Part shown: piece by piece, positions 38,622-50,767 of the stretch
How positions within the stretch are numbered: position 1 is the first letter of the stretch
How the letters are laid out: the number at the start of each line of letters is the position of its first letter
Assembly: GCF_006345805.1 (NCBI RefSeq)
Contig: NC_042997.1
Location: forward strand, 113,708,001 to 113,772,000
DNA from: Octopus sinensis
Lineage: Eukaryota
Length of the DNA: 64,000 bases
Reading direction: 5' to 3'
The notes under the pieces: generated by a model
Databases searched by the model: none
The model's input: the letters and a program-made list of their open reading frames with translations, nothing else
What the model was told of the DNA's origin: nothing
Made by a program: the position numbers and the translations under genes

Positions 38622-39516
38622 ATGAGCTGCACAGGTGAGGTTGGCATCTCACCAGTCTTGCTGCAGGTTATTTCACATACCCTTACATCTTCTGAGGTGA
38701 ATTCTGAAAATTGTCTAAACAATAATTCTCATGAAAAACACCGCGACACCAGTGGATTCAGATTACAGGAATGCAAATCAAAGGATATTAAGCCTAATAT
38801 CTTGCAGGTCAATGCAAACCAAAATTCTGAGAAGAAAATACTCCCTATTCTACATGGGCTACACCAACCCACAGAATCTCTCATCAGTCAAGTTCAAATG
38901 GATTCTAATGGCATCGCAGAAAATGTCACGGAGACCACTCCAGATCTAAAGGCAATGCTTAAACTAAAACTTGATCAGGGAGCAAATGTGAAACCCAATT
39001 CAAATTCAGTGCTATTCTCACAGAGTGACCCAAATGTTGTAAATGTATTTACAGCAATAAACAACAATGAGAATAAAAGCAAGAATCTGGTTTTTGAATT
39101 AAATCAAACCATTAAGATTGATGGAGTGAAGTGTGGTGAACATGAAGAGGTTATAGTGTGTTTCAATCGAGACAGTTCTTCAGTGCCATCACCTGATAAT
39201 GATGTTATAGTCTCAGACTCTGACAGTGGCATTGTAGATGCCTCCAAGAAAAGACATTTACCTCCTACAAGCGATCAGGAATCACAGTCTTCTCCATTGA
39301 AGTATACTCGTCTTGAAGAAGATGAAAGTGGCAGAGGAGATGAGGAAAACAGTAACAGTACCTCACAGTCTGCCTCTAACATTCATGCAGTCTATATTCA
39401 TCCAGAAGAAATTGTATCTTTAAAAATTCCAGTTTCTTCAGTGACCAATAACAATTCTCCATCTAAAGATGCCATAGACAAAGAAAATTGTCCAATCTGT
39501 AGTGACAAAGTATCTG
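38622..39516 (+). CDS. Hr39: HR39/NR5B-like nuclear receptor, coding exon 1 (long Ser/Asn/Asp-rich N-terminal domain plus first half of zinc finger 1, CPICSDKVSG)
   Basis: Polypyrimidine acceptor ttttcttcag|G at 38619/38620 and ATG at 38622 in the 333-aa open frame. The exon ends TCT G|GTAAGT (phase 1), which joins GT TAC CAT of the next exon to give SGYHYG. The true start codon could lie in an unseen upstream exon. Confidence 0.88.
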
Positions 39517-42500
39517 GTAAGTTTCACTTTTTTTTTAACTTCTTTTTTCCTATAATCACACAACTAAGATGATACATTTTTGTATTAATTCTTTTTTTTT
39601 TTTCCACAACTGAATATATTTTATATTTTACATTTGCTTTTAAGTGGTTTGGTTCTGGGAAAAACAGTTGAGTTCAGTCATCACAGACCCTCCAAAACCA
39701 GTGAGATTGATGCCATAAATCTCAGCTATGAAATAAAGTAGAGCATGTTGCTACCTCTCAGCTATGAAATAAAGTAGAGCATGTTTATTTTCCTTGTCAG
39801 TCAAGTAAACTAGATCTCCTTAGTCTTGTGAAGAAAATGTGTAACCTTTCTAGTGCTGGTTCCAGAATAAAATGCACTCAATACACTCTTGAAAGTGACT
39901 GGCAATGGAATGGAGACAACATATAGTAACCACTTTATTCTTGTAAGGGGAAAATGCAACTTTTCTAGTGCTGGTGCCACTCTAAAATGCACTCAGTAAA
40001 ATATGAATATGTTCAGATGTATGTGCGTGTGTGTGTGCTTCAAGGTTTGATTATATATGTTTCTGTGTCATCATCATCAGACTGATTTGGTATGGTTTTC
40101 TATGGCTGGATGCCCTTCCTAATGCCAACCACTCTGAGAGTGTAATAAGTGCTTTTACATGCCACAGGCACGGGTGCCATTTGCTTGACACTGGAGTGCT
40201 TTTACGTGCCGCCAGCACAGGTACCAATTTGCATCACACTGGTATTTGTCGTGATTGCTATTTTGCTCAGCTTGATGGGTCTTCTTCTCAAGCATGACAT
40301 AATGCTAAAGGTCTTGGACATTGCCTCTGTGAGGCTCAACACTCAAAAGGAACTCAGCCACTTTGCCTCCATGAGGCCCAACACTCGAAAGGAATTAATA
40401 TTTGTGTATGTAATTTCTTTTCTCTATCTTGTCTGTCATTTAAAACAAGAAATATTTTTGATTTTCATCTTTCAATTTTAATTCTTGATAAAGTGGTTTG
40501 TCCATCTCATTAAAATTGATTACATATTTTTATGTATTAATTATGTAATTATATGGATGACAATGTTTGTATTTCAACCATGTAAACAATTGTAATCTTC
40601 ACTTTTTATTATTGGAGATATATTCTTGAATAAAAACCAAAGATTCCACAGATATTTCAGAATTTCATTCTAAGCACAGGCATAGTTGTGTGGAAAAGGA
40701 AAGTTGGCTTATCATCCACATGGTTTATAGTTCAGTCCCACTATAGCTCCACCAGGCCAATGAAAGCCTTGTGTGGATTTGGTAGCTGTAAACTCAAAGA
40801 AGCTCATCATATGTGTGTGTTCACATTTTCCTTGCTTTCACTGGTTTGTAAACAATGGCCTCCTGACAGCAATTTTTGCCTACAGTCTGCCAAAAATCAA
40901 TACTTGATAGACTGAAAGATTGCCTTACTTGGAAATAAGTGGGAATGATGACAGAAAGAGCATCTGACCATAAAAGAATTCTGCCCCAGTGTACTCTCAT
41001 CTGCCTCATGCAAGCATGGAAAAGTAGGCACTAAAATGTTGATAAATATATACACACATGTGCACACGCATTATAATCATGATGATTATATATATCATCA
41101 TTCATCAGTGTTTAATGTCTATTTTCCATGCAGTTGTGGGTTGGACAGTTTAACTGGAATGAAGAGTCAGAGCTCCAGTATCTACTTTAACATGTGCCCT
41201 TCCTAATGTCAACCACTTTACAGGGTGTACTGAGTGCTTTTTTTTTTTCATGGCACCAGCACTAAGTAAGGTCACCAAGTAACTCACAGGACAAGACCCT
41301 CCTCATCTGAATGTGTGTGTAGTATTAAGAGAAGTGAAAGTATGATATAGTGACAGAACAGATGTCTTATATATAATCACGATGACGGTGATTATTTTCT
41401 CAAGATTTATTCAGAATTATAAAACTTTTAATCTGTGCTAAAGAACAACTAAGATTTATTTACTAATACTTTTTGATTTGGAATGTTGCCACAATATCTG
41501 CGATAAATAGAAAATATTCAGTCTTGAAAATGAAAACTATAGATTTCATTAAACGATAGACATTAGTTTGAAATTTAGATTGTTTTGTAATTTAATCACT
41601 TGATAACAAAATATTTTTTCAGTCTTACATAACTGTGTTTTGGTTTAAATGATATTAAAACTAATGTTTACTCATTTTTATTTTATTTTTAAAATATTAG
41701 GCAATAAAAAATCGTATATTTTATAAGGAGAAGTTGTATTAGTGAGAGCGCGCAAGCATGTGTGTGTGTGTGTCCGTGTCTGTGTGCTGTATCAAGCTAC
41801 CAGTGTAAATTGTTGAACACAAGAGGGACAGAAACAGTCTGATTTTCAAAACTGACAGACCAAAGCAAAATCCTAATAAACTGATTCTGAAGCATAACAT
41901 GGACTTAAAAGATAAGGAATGTTTAAAGCGGTTTTGATGATATAAGTTTAATGAAACAATCTCTATGGAATACATTTAAGTAGAACTGTCTCGAGAGATG
42001 TGAAAATTAGGAATTCCATACCTACTTAGTTTTCTACTTTTCAGTATTGGTCTCAATTAATTTTGTGGCTTTTATACACCTCCAGTATAAGTCTTAAGCA
42101 AACACTGTTCGTGGAACCAAAAAAAAAGAAAAAAAAGGCCGGGTGGTCATAGCTGAAACCCCTTTGATGATAGAAAGGCCGGACAATAACTATATCTAGA
42201 TATTAACCTCAATCATCATCATCATCATCATTTAACTTCCACTTTCCATGTTGGCATGGGTTGGACTGTTTGACTGAGAATTGATAAGCCGGGAGGCTGC
42301 ACCAGGCTCCAATCTGATTTGGCAAGGTTTCTACAGCTGGATGCCCTTCTTAACGCCAAACACTCCAAGAGTGAAATGAATGAAATTAAGGAATTTGTTT
42401 GTTCATTTAATACCCATCTTTCCATGTTAGCATGGCTTGGGAAGAATTGATTTTTGAGGTAGAATCTTATGGTTGGATGCTCTTCTTGTTACCAACCATT

Positions 42501-42725
42501 GCCTGAACAAAGGAATTTTCATATTCCATAAGTCTTCAAAAGCACTGAGCAACTGTTCATAATGCTGATACAGAATGTCAACATCAACCATTTCACTCAA
42601 ACTGACAAATAGCAACATTCACGTACATTGCGCATGTGCACACACACTCACACACATATAGGCAAAGGCATGGCTATGTGGTTAAGAAGTTTTGTTTGCA
42701 ACCATGTGGTTTGGCGTTCAGTGCC

Positions 42726-45191
42726 TGTTATGATGTTTTAATGTAGCTGCGGACTTATTGTATATTCATTTACTAACTGTTCAAATCACAAACAATATCT
42801 ATTCTTTATAGCTTCTACGACTCTGTGTAATATATGGCTGCACATATGACGCACTTCTGATATCTTCAGCATGCATGCATATTTATACATTTTGGAACTG
42901 TTCATTTATACTTTCAAGGGGGTGTTCGGATTCCACTACAACATCTCCCTTTTTTAAGTTTGACTTTCCTTGAGAGTCAATACTTTTATTTATTACCACC
43001 TTTCTTTCCCCCACCCTTTTTTCTTTTACTTCCACAGAGAGAAATTGGAATATTTTCACTTTTTGGTTCAATTTTCAACATTTCGATCCACTTTCTTTTC
43101 CTAGTTGAAGTACATGCTGGTTCAACCAGTTCTTGCGATACAGGAACATCAAACATGTCATATAATATTTCCATTGGCTCTTCCTGCCTTATTTTTTCTA
43201 CTGTAAATCTGTTTTTTCCATTTGGTTCAGATGTCTCTTATGTTCCCACATATGCCTTGTTACCATATATATATTACTCTTTCTAAACGTTTAGTTATTT
43301 TTCCTTCTTCCCAACTTTGCCATTTTTATATTTTTTAAAAAAACACTGTCACCTATATTGAAACACTTCATTTTATTTTCAGTGTTTCTCTGTATTTTTT
43401 GTTTTCTTCCTGGTAGTAGTTTATCAAATACTGACTGGACTTTCCTGGCAAACATTAGTTCAGCCAGCAACATATCCGACTGTGTTACATAAACTTTAGC
43501 TTTCAGCGTCTTCCCATGAAATGTCACTTCTGTTGTCATTTCATCTAAAAATCGTGCTTGCTTTCCTGAAATACGAGCAATTTTTGATATTTTCTTGAAA
43601 GTAGGCCTTCCAATCTTTTGCCATGTATCAATGTTGATTATTGAGATACCGCTTCCTGTATCCAATTGCAATTTCATATTAACGTTATTTTTACAGATAC
43701 AAATTTTCTTTTTTGCACCTCACTTTCTATTTGTGTTGAGAACACTTTTTTACTTGCATTTTCATTCGACCTTTTTTCTTTAACCAACAATGTGAATTCT
43801 TATGCCCTGTTTTGCCAAAACCAAAACAATTTTTATTTTTAAAAAGACAGTCCCTTTTAAAGTGTATTTGGCTACACCCATAGCATGGCTTGGGTCTTGA
43901 TAGTTTTATTTTCTCCTTGTTTGTTATAGGTCGACATGCCTGTATATTTACATCATCCCCTTCAATTTTTTGTGTCTCGTCATAGATTATCCTTTGGTAT
44001 TCTTCCGCTACTGTTTATAAAGTTAATTTAGTAGCTTGCTCTAATTTTGTTAATATTCCAGCTTGTATTTCCCCATCTTTACTTGCAGTTAATCCTTTTA
44101 CAAAGATTAAACATTTGAACATGTCTGGAGTTAACTCGCTTAAATTTTTCACATTCTTTGTTTATGATACCTGCATACATAACAAAGTCATCTGTTTCAT
44201 TCTTTTTCAAATTCTGGCATTCCCAGCGAATGTTAAATAATGAACTCCTTTCACTGAATATCTTCTCTAACAGACTAATTGTTTCCTTGAAACAAATTTC
44301 TAGCAGTTTCCTTGGCAAGATGAAATAATAATATTTTTCATGATGTGCCGGTGATAATTTTCATAAAAGAAATCAAAATCAAATTCGATGACTGGCGTCT
44401 GTGCTAGCAGGGTGCAAAGAGCACCATGTGAGTGTGATCATTGACAGAACGGCTAACCGGGTTCCATACCAGTGGCATGTAAAAAACACCATTCGAGCGT
44501 GATCGTTACCAGCATCGCTTTACTGGCACCTGTGCCGGTGGCATGTGTAAAAGATTCGAGCGAGGTCATTGCCAGTACCACCTGACTGGCCCCGTGGTGG
44601 TGGCACGTAAAAGCACCCACTACACTCTCGGAGTGGTTGGCGTTAGGAAGGGCATCCAGCCCTCAGTCAAATCGTCCAACCTATGCTAGCATGGAAAGCG
44701 GACGTTAAATAATGATGATGATAATGAAGCCCTATCTTCTTTTCAACTGTCCAACTTTTACATTTTTCCTTAAATATTTCCCCATACCTTCTAAAGTATG
44801 CTGGAAACGTAATCCCTTCTGGATTATAAGCAAATAACCCAATCGAATTGGTTACTCCATCCGCTGAAAATGAACCTGATGTGTCCTTTGACAGCAGCAA
44901 TAATTCTAACAACTGCTGAGTTTGCTGTTATTGTTGCTGTTTCCATTGTTCTTGTTGTTGCTGTACTACAGAGGCTAACAGTTCTTCCATGCTAAGAACT
45001 TTGAATGTCTCACAATTATGAAGTGGGTGATTTTATATCATTTTTCACTGTGTGAAATTTGAAACCTCGCCTCCACTTTTGTGAAGTGCCTGAAATTATA
45101 ATCCTTGTCATCACTTTTACAAAGTAAGAGGATTTTTAAAATTGCATGTAGTTCAAATCCTTGCCGCCACTGTTATGATGCTTTAATGTAG
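42726..45191 (-). mobile_element. Internally deleted, decayed Ty3/Gypsy LTR retrotransposon in intron 1 of the coding region
   Basis: 3' LTR 42726-42943 (TG...CA) preceded by purine tract AAAAAAGGGAGA. 5' LTR remnant 45171-45191 matches the LTR end and is followed by PBS-like TGGCGGCAAGGAT. Gag-like fragments (FPAYFRRY, YFILPRK...SLFNIRWEC), degenerate knuckle CFGFGKTGHKNSHC, protease LQLDTGSGISII and integrase C-terminal AELMFARK. RT and RNase H not seen. Confidence 0.85.
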
Positions 45192-45645
45192 TTTTAATGT
45201 ATTTACATTAAATGATAATGATGATGTGTTGTATTTAAACCAGTCATATCCAGCCAAAATATTTCACCTGTTTTATATTCAAACTGGCCAGATGTGGCTT
45301 CTGACATCTATCCTATGATATCATTCTAGAAATAAACAATCACATCATTGAAATCTCAAAGCTACAAGATTATTCATGTTTTGAATTAATTGTGCATTAC
45401 ATCTGACAAAGTAATCTAAATGCTAAACATTATTTAGTTAATTCCACCACCTTGGGAGCCTGTTGTTGAGTTTATTGTGTTATAAATATTTGGGCCAAGA
45501 TTCCAAGAAATGACCCATCTACTATCTTTCTCCCTTCAGTTTTGGAGGTTATGGTTATTGTTGATTCTTCAATGACTAAACTATAAAAAAAAATTTTGTT
45601 CTAAAATTTATTCCTTTTATTTTTGTTTTGTGTTTGTTTATTTAG

Positions 45646-45825
45646 GTTACCATTATGGTATCTTCTCTTGTGAAAGTTGTAAAGGGTTCTTCAAGCGTAC
45701 TGTACAGAACAAAAAAGTATATCAATGTCATCAGAAAAACTGTTGTGAGATAAATGTCTACAATCGAAAGAAATGTCCTGCTTGTCGGTTTAATAAATGT
45801 CTTGAAAGTGGTATGTTATTGGAAG
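45646..45825 (+). CDS. Hr39: HR39/NR5B-like nuclear receptor, coding exon 2 (DNA-binding domain)
   Basis: Acceptor tttatttag|GT and donor GAA G|GTAAGA. Encodes [60 protein letters not shown]-box ESCKG is NR5-type; GIFS and RKKCPACRF match HR39 rather than FTZ-F1 (GLLT, RKRCPYCRF), as recalled. Confidence 0.96.
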
Positions 45826-47524
45826 GTAAGAAGAATTTCAGTTTTTGTGAATTGCAAATTAACAAATCGTTCCATCAAACACATTCAGTTCAATTCGACC
45901 CTGTATTGGTTGTATGTCTCATGACATAATCAGGAAAAGTTGACTCACACTCATTAATTCATTAGATTACATTTGACTAATTAAGTTTTGTTACAGTAAT
46001 TGTACAGATAATGAAAATTAAAATGAGGTTAAGCTGTTTTGATTGCTATTGAAGTATGTGACACTAGACAATTATTTTCTTAGTGAAGTTCAAAAATGAT
46101 GAAGTAGTAAAATTCACCAAAAACTACTTAGAATTTTTTTAAAAGAAAACAAAAACGGGTTAAAATTATGACATCACATTTGATAATCACTGTCTGGGTT
46201 TAGTGCAACAATGGAGTTGAGATTGTTTTAGTAAAATTGTGTTGGTCTGAGGTCAATGTAAACGGTAGGATCTGGGGGAAAGTAATGATGGTCTGCATTA
46301 ATAATCATTAAATATAAACAATATAAGTAGAATAAACTGGTTTACAATGAGGAAGATGTGAAGTCTGTTTTGAACAGTATACTTCAATTGGGGAATACAA
46401 GTAGCTAAGAATGCTAACTGGTGCTGATAGTTCAGAATAGCAAATAATGTACCAGTAGTTAATGTCAGTGTTAGATGGGAGAAGTGTGTGAGCCAAGACA
46501 AGTTCAATGCAGTTACTAAGAATAACTTCAGAGAAAGTTAAGATGTGATGGATGTACTTAATGCTGGACAAATTATAGTTGAATAACTACTGGAGATAGG
46601 GATGGAGTGATGGAGGCAGTGGATAAATTAGAAAAGATAAGAGAATAAACAGCCGTCTTTTTATGGTGATGCCCTGTTGAGAGGAGAGATGTGATGGCGT
46701 AGTTGGTTCCACACATAAAAAGATATTACCTTACAGAACTAAGTTTAGTCTAGGGAGCATAACCTGAACAAGAAAGATAGCTTAGAGAGGGAACATGAGA
46801 AATATGGGTCTCAGAGAGTGACAAGATGTGTAGTTTGAATGTTGGTACATGGTAGGAGGAAACGTGGTTAAACCAAAATCTTTGGAGGTTGGTAAAGAGG
46901 AAGCAGAATTGTTCTGCAGACTGATTAACAGATCTCTAATGAAAGTCCCAGATGATTATAATACAATGTATAGTGTTGAATCAAAAACCTCAGTGAAAGG
47001 ACTTTTTGCCTTGGAAGATAAGAACTAGTATCAGTGTTGGGGTCAAAGAACAGAAAGGTGGCTTCAGATGGTGCAACAGATACAACAGCCATACCAACAA
47101 TCCAACATGCAGACACACACATGAAACTTATTTTCTTTAATAACAATCTCAGCAATATCTCAATATCTAATCTCCAAATAAAATGTACAAATTTATATCA
47201 CTTAGACTGCATTGCACTCACTGAATTTAAGTTAATTTATCAGCAAGTAAAATGCTATCATTTCAAATTATGGATACAAAGTCTTCTTGCTTCTGGCTCC
47301 TTAAACTAGTTCATCTATCTATAACTAGCTTCCATATAAACCCTGCTGAGATGTCACAAGTGTGACAAAATCCTATGAGAATTAGGATTTCTTAATTAGT
47401 TACAATTGTTATGATGATATTAGAATGGGTATTTAGACGAAGAATTCAGTGTTGCACTTGTTTCATCTGATTGCATTTTGCATGCCTTTATTAACTTCTC
47501 TCCTACTTTCCATTTACTTTCTAG

Positions 47525-47967
47525 CTATCCGTCTTGATCGTACACGTGGTGGTAGAAGTTCATATGATGGTTGTTCACCGCATGGTCGTACACGTGATAT
47601 TGTTGACAAACAGAAACTTCAGAAATTGACCACAGTGAAACCCAACAGTCATCATCAACAACAGCAGCATTCCCAACGGTCAGTGACCATTCCAAATATG
47701 GCAATACAGAAAGTTGGTCAGAACAAGGCTAGTCAGCTTGTTGCTATACTAAGCCGTAACAGTAGTTCTGATGACAAAAAACCTTTTGTTCCACAGATTC
47801 TTACAGACATTATGAATTTAGAATCATTACTCTGTGATGATGAACCAAACACTCAAATTCTATTGGAAGACCCAACAAGTTACACTTCTCTGATGCAAAT
47901 CACTGAAGATCGTCTTTACAAAATTGTACGCTGGGCCAGGAATCTTTCTCAGTTTGCATCAATTTCT
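47525..47967 (+). CDS. Hr39: HR39/NR5B-like nuclear receptor, coding exon 3 (C-terminal extension AIRLDRTRGGRSSY, hinge, start of ligand-binding domain)
   Basis: Acceptor tttctag|CT completes the Ala codon (EAIRLDRTRGGR). Includes VPQILTDIMNLE and EDRLYKIVRWARNLSQF. Donor TCT|GTGAGT, phase 0. Confidence 0.95.
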
Positions 47968-48377
47968 GTGAGTATTACTGAAGTTTTTTGCTTTTTTTGT
48001 CTATAACAGTGACTGTGTAATTTTACCTTTTAGGTCATATTTCAAAAACAATCATAATTTGATATGAATGTTTTTGTTGTTATTGTTTAGCCCTGGGTCA
48101 GCTCTGAGTAGATCAGAGGTGTTCTAGCTCTAACCACCTTGTCTTTTTGTAAATCTGGACAACATTGTTCAGTGTGTCCTTCCTTCATCCCCTCTTTTAA
48201 GACCTAGCTGGATGTGATATGGAGAAGTTTAATTACTATTTCTTTCAGATTTGGTAAACATTATGGTTCCTTCATTGGTTTGTTTGTTGAATCAGACAGA
48301 GAGAGAGGAGCTGAAAAAATTGACATTGTATTTCTTAAAAATTAAGAGGCCAATGAAATGTCAAGTCTTCCTGTTAA

Positions 48378-48587
48378 CCCTTTTGATAACAACCCACCTG
48401 AGACCATTCTGGATCTATGATGCAAAAGTTCCTTTTCTAAAACAAGCTAAAAAAAACCTTCCCATCAAAATTTCATGTTCCAAACAGTAGCTTAATTTCA
48501 ACAGTTATTTTACTAAATTCAAAATTAGTTTTGAAATTAAGTGAAGCAAAAGTAGTGTATTTCAGTAGAAATATGGTAACAAATACA
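48378..48587. mobile_element. piggyBac-like MITE, copy 3 (intron between coding exons 3 and 4)
   Basis: TTAA|CCCTTTTGATAAC start, same orientation as copy 2; degenerate right end with TTAA at 48588-48591. Confidence 0.7.
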
Positions 48588-49814
48588 TTAAACGAAAACA
48601 GAGAGACAGAAGATTTTAAGATTTTAATCCAACAGTGTATCACAGTGGTGATTTTTGTTTCTTTGTCTAATCTATTGTTTACAGTGTATTGTTGGTTTTT
48701 TTTAATTTAATTTACTCATACAAAACAAACCAAATTCTGCCATATTTACTAATTAGGTTTAATTGTTCTTTAACATTATTTCTAATGAAAATATTCTACC
48801 TATGTCTAAAGAATTTCAAAGGGTTTGGTAAAAATAATTGTAACCTATTTATTAGTATATTATTCAAGGATTTGTAATGCAATTTAATGGGCCCTCATAT
48901 AAAATTACAATGGGATTTTTATCAACTGCAATCTGGAGTTGTTATTCATGGAGCAAAAATGGTTTTGAGATAGAGAAGTTTTAATTTAGATGTGAATATG
49001 ATAACACAGCTAGTTTCTGGTAAGATGATAATACTTGGACCAGGGATAGTCAGAGGTAGTAGGTTGGTATCAAGAAGATTGACAAAAAATTATCTTAAAA
49101 TCTGGTATTATTTGATACTCTCTCAAACTTCTTCCCTGTATATGATTAGAAGTTGTTGGTCTGAGTATCCAGCTGATTTATCAAGGAAACAAAAAAGAAT
49201 CAAATATCTTGATAGATAAAATATCCACCATTTGGTATTTCAGAATAATTTGAAACATTTTCATCAACAGAAAATAGATCAATCATTGTTGATATCAGAT
49301 CTAATACATGGCATTGCTACCTTTTAAAACCAGTTTCATTTATCTTGTTTACAGAAACCTCATTTTAGAAAAAAAGTTATTTCTTGTACATGTAATCTTC
49401 TTGAATTCACATCACCCTCTCTTACCCTCAACAGCACTAACAACAATAATAAAGAGCATGGTGATAAGATAAAGAAGGTGGATGAAACCAGTCTATAGCT
49501 TTTACTGCCATCAATCCCAAGGAATCACAGATGACTAAACAACCAAAGTGTCATTAGTTCACATCCTAGTCCCATAGTCCAGGGCATTCAGATTTTGATG
49601 AATTAGATCCACTGACAATGGCTACATTCACCTTAAAAGATACCTTCAGCTGATATAACTTGTCACTTGACAGTAGCATCACTGACAAATGTATTTCATC
49701 TAAGATAGATCTTTATCAGCAACAAAAATTTTCAAGCCAAGAAAGCCTCTATCAAGGTACTCTACCTGCTACAAATAACATTCAGATCTTGCTTCATGTC
49801 TCATCCTACTTTAA

Positions 49815-49989
49815 TCCTTTTGTTACCATATTTCTTTTGAAATACACTTTTTTTTTAAATTCTAAAAAATACAAAGTATTACTGTCATTATCAAAGCTGG
49901 TATTTGGAATAATAATTTAGAATGAAATTTGTTTGAAGTTTGTGTCCTCAAGGTAGGAGCAGTTTGGGTGCTGATTGATATGAAAGGGG
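49815..49989. mobile_element. piggyBac-like MITE, copy 4 (shorter, same orientation as copy 1)
   Basis: TTAA at 49811-49814 and 49990-49993; homologous interior with deletions. Confidence 0.7.
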
Positions 49990-50173
49990 TTAAACTACAT
50001 GAAATAAATACGTACTGGGTAGTCCAGTACTGGATATAATATACCAGAAAAGCAGATGGGATGAACAAGGCTGAAATACAAAATCAGAGTTTTCCAAAGC
50101 TTATAAGGTGAAGTCATAATTTCTTAAAGACTTTTGTCCCTCTAATGTATTTGGTTTTCTATTTATTTTACAG

Positions 50174-50426
50174 ACTGATGATCAAATACTGCTACTACAG
50201 AATTGTTGGTCAGATCTTCTTCTGTTAGAGTGCTGTTACCGATCTAAAGAGAAACCATCTGAAATCCGCCTTGCTCAAGGAGCCACTCTTTCAGTGAAAA
50301 CAGCAAAATCTCTTGGTCTGGGCAGTGTAGTGTCAATGGTTGTTGAGTTAGCTGAGCAGTTAAACCGACTTAAAGTAGATCTTTATGAATTTGTTGGTCT
50401 GAAAGTATTGGTGCTCATTACACCAG
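50174..50426 (+). CDS. Hr39: HR39/NR5B-like nuclear receptor, coding exon 4 (LBD core; absent from the supplied ORF track)
   Basis: Acceptor ttattttacag|ACT. Hand translation TDDQILLLQNCWSDLLLLECCYRSKEKPSEIRLAQGATLSVKTAKSLGLGSVVSMVVELAEQLNRLKVDLYEFVGLKVLVLITP contains the LBD signature (DDQxxLL, YEFxxLKxxxL). 253 nt; donor CCA G|GTAAAG, phase 1. Confidence 0.95.
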
Positions 50427-50767
50427 GTAAAGGAATTTTTTATCAATTATCTCTTTAGAAATTCTTCCTTCCTTTCCTTCCTTTTCATTCATTCCATGTA
50501 TTGTTCTTAATGTTAAGTCCTTGATTAAGAGTGAATTTACCTTGACAGGATTTGGTTGAATGGTCTGGTCTTCTAGTTGGATGAAATATTGAAACATTTA
50601 GTTGTTTAATTTTTGATTGCCCTATTCTTTCGTTTTTATGACATTGAAGGATATTTGAAATGGGACATGGCAATCTGCAGAAAAGTGCCAGAATGTCTAG
50701 GTTTCTACAAGAACCATCAGAAAGATGTTTGAGATTTGAGGGGACTTGTTACCAAACATCTGATAAT

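Noticed and set aside
45646-47580. Calling the receptor FTZ-F1/NR5A
   Set aside because: GIFS, RKKCPAC, DRTRGGRSSY and the LBD (LYKIVRW, KFGE, LLxELLxGE) fit HR39/NR5B as recalled; the NR5A RGGRNKFGPMYK helix is absent.
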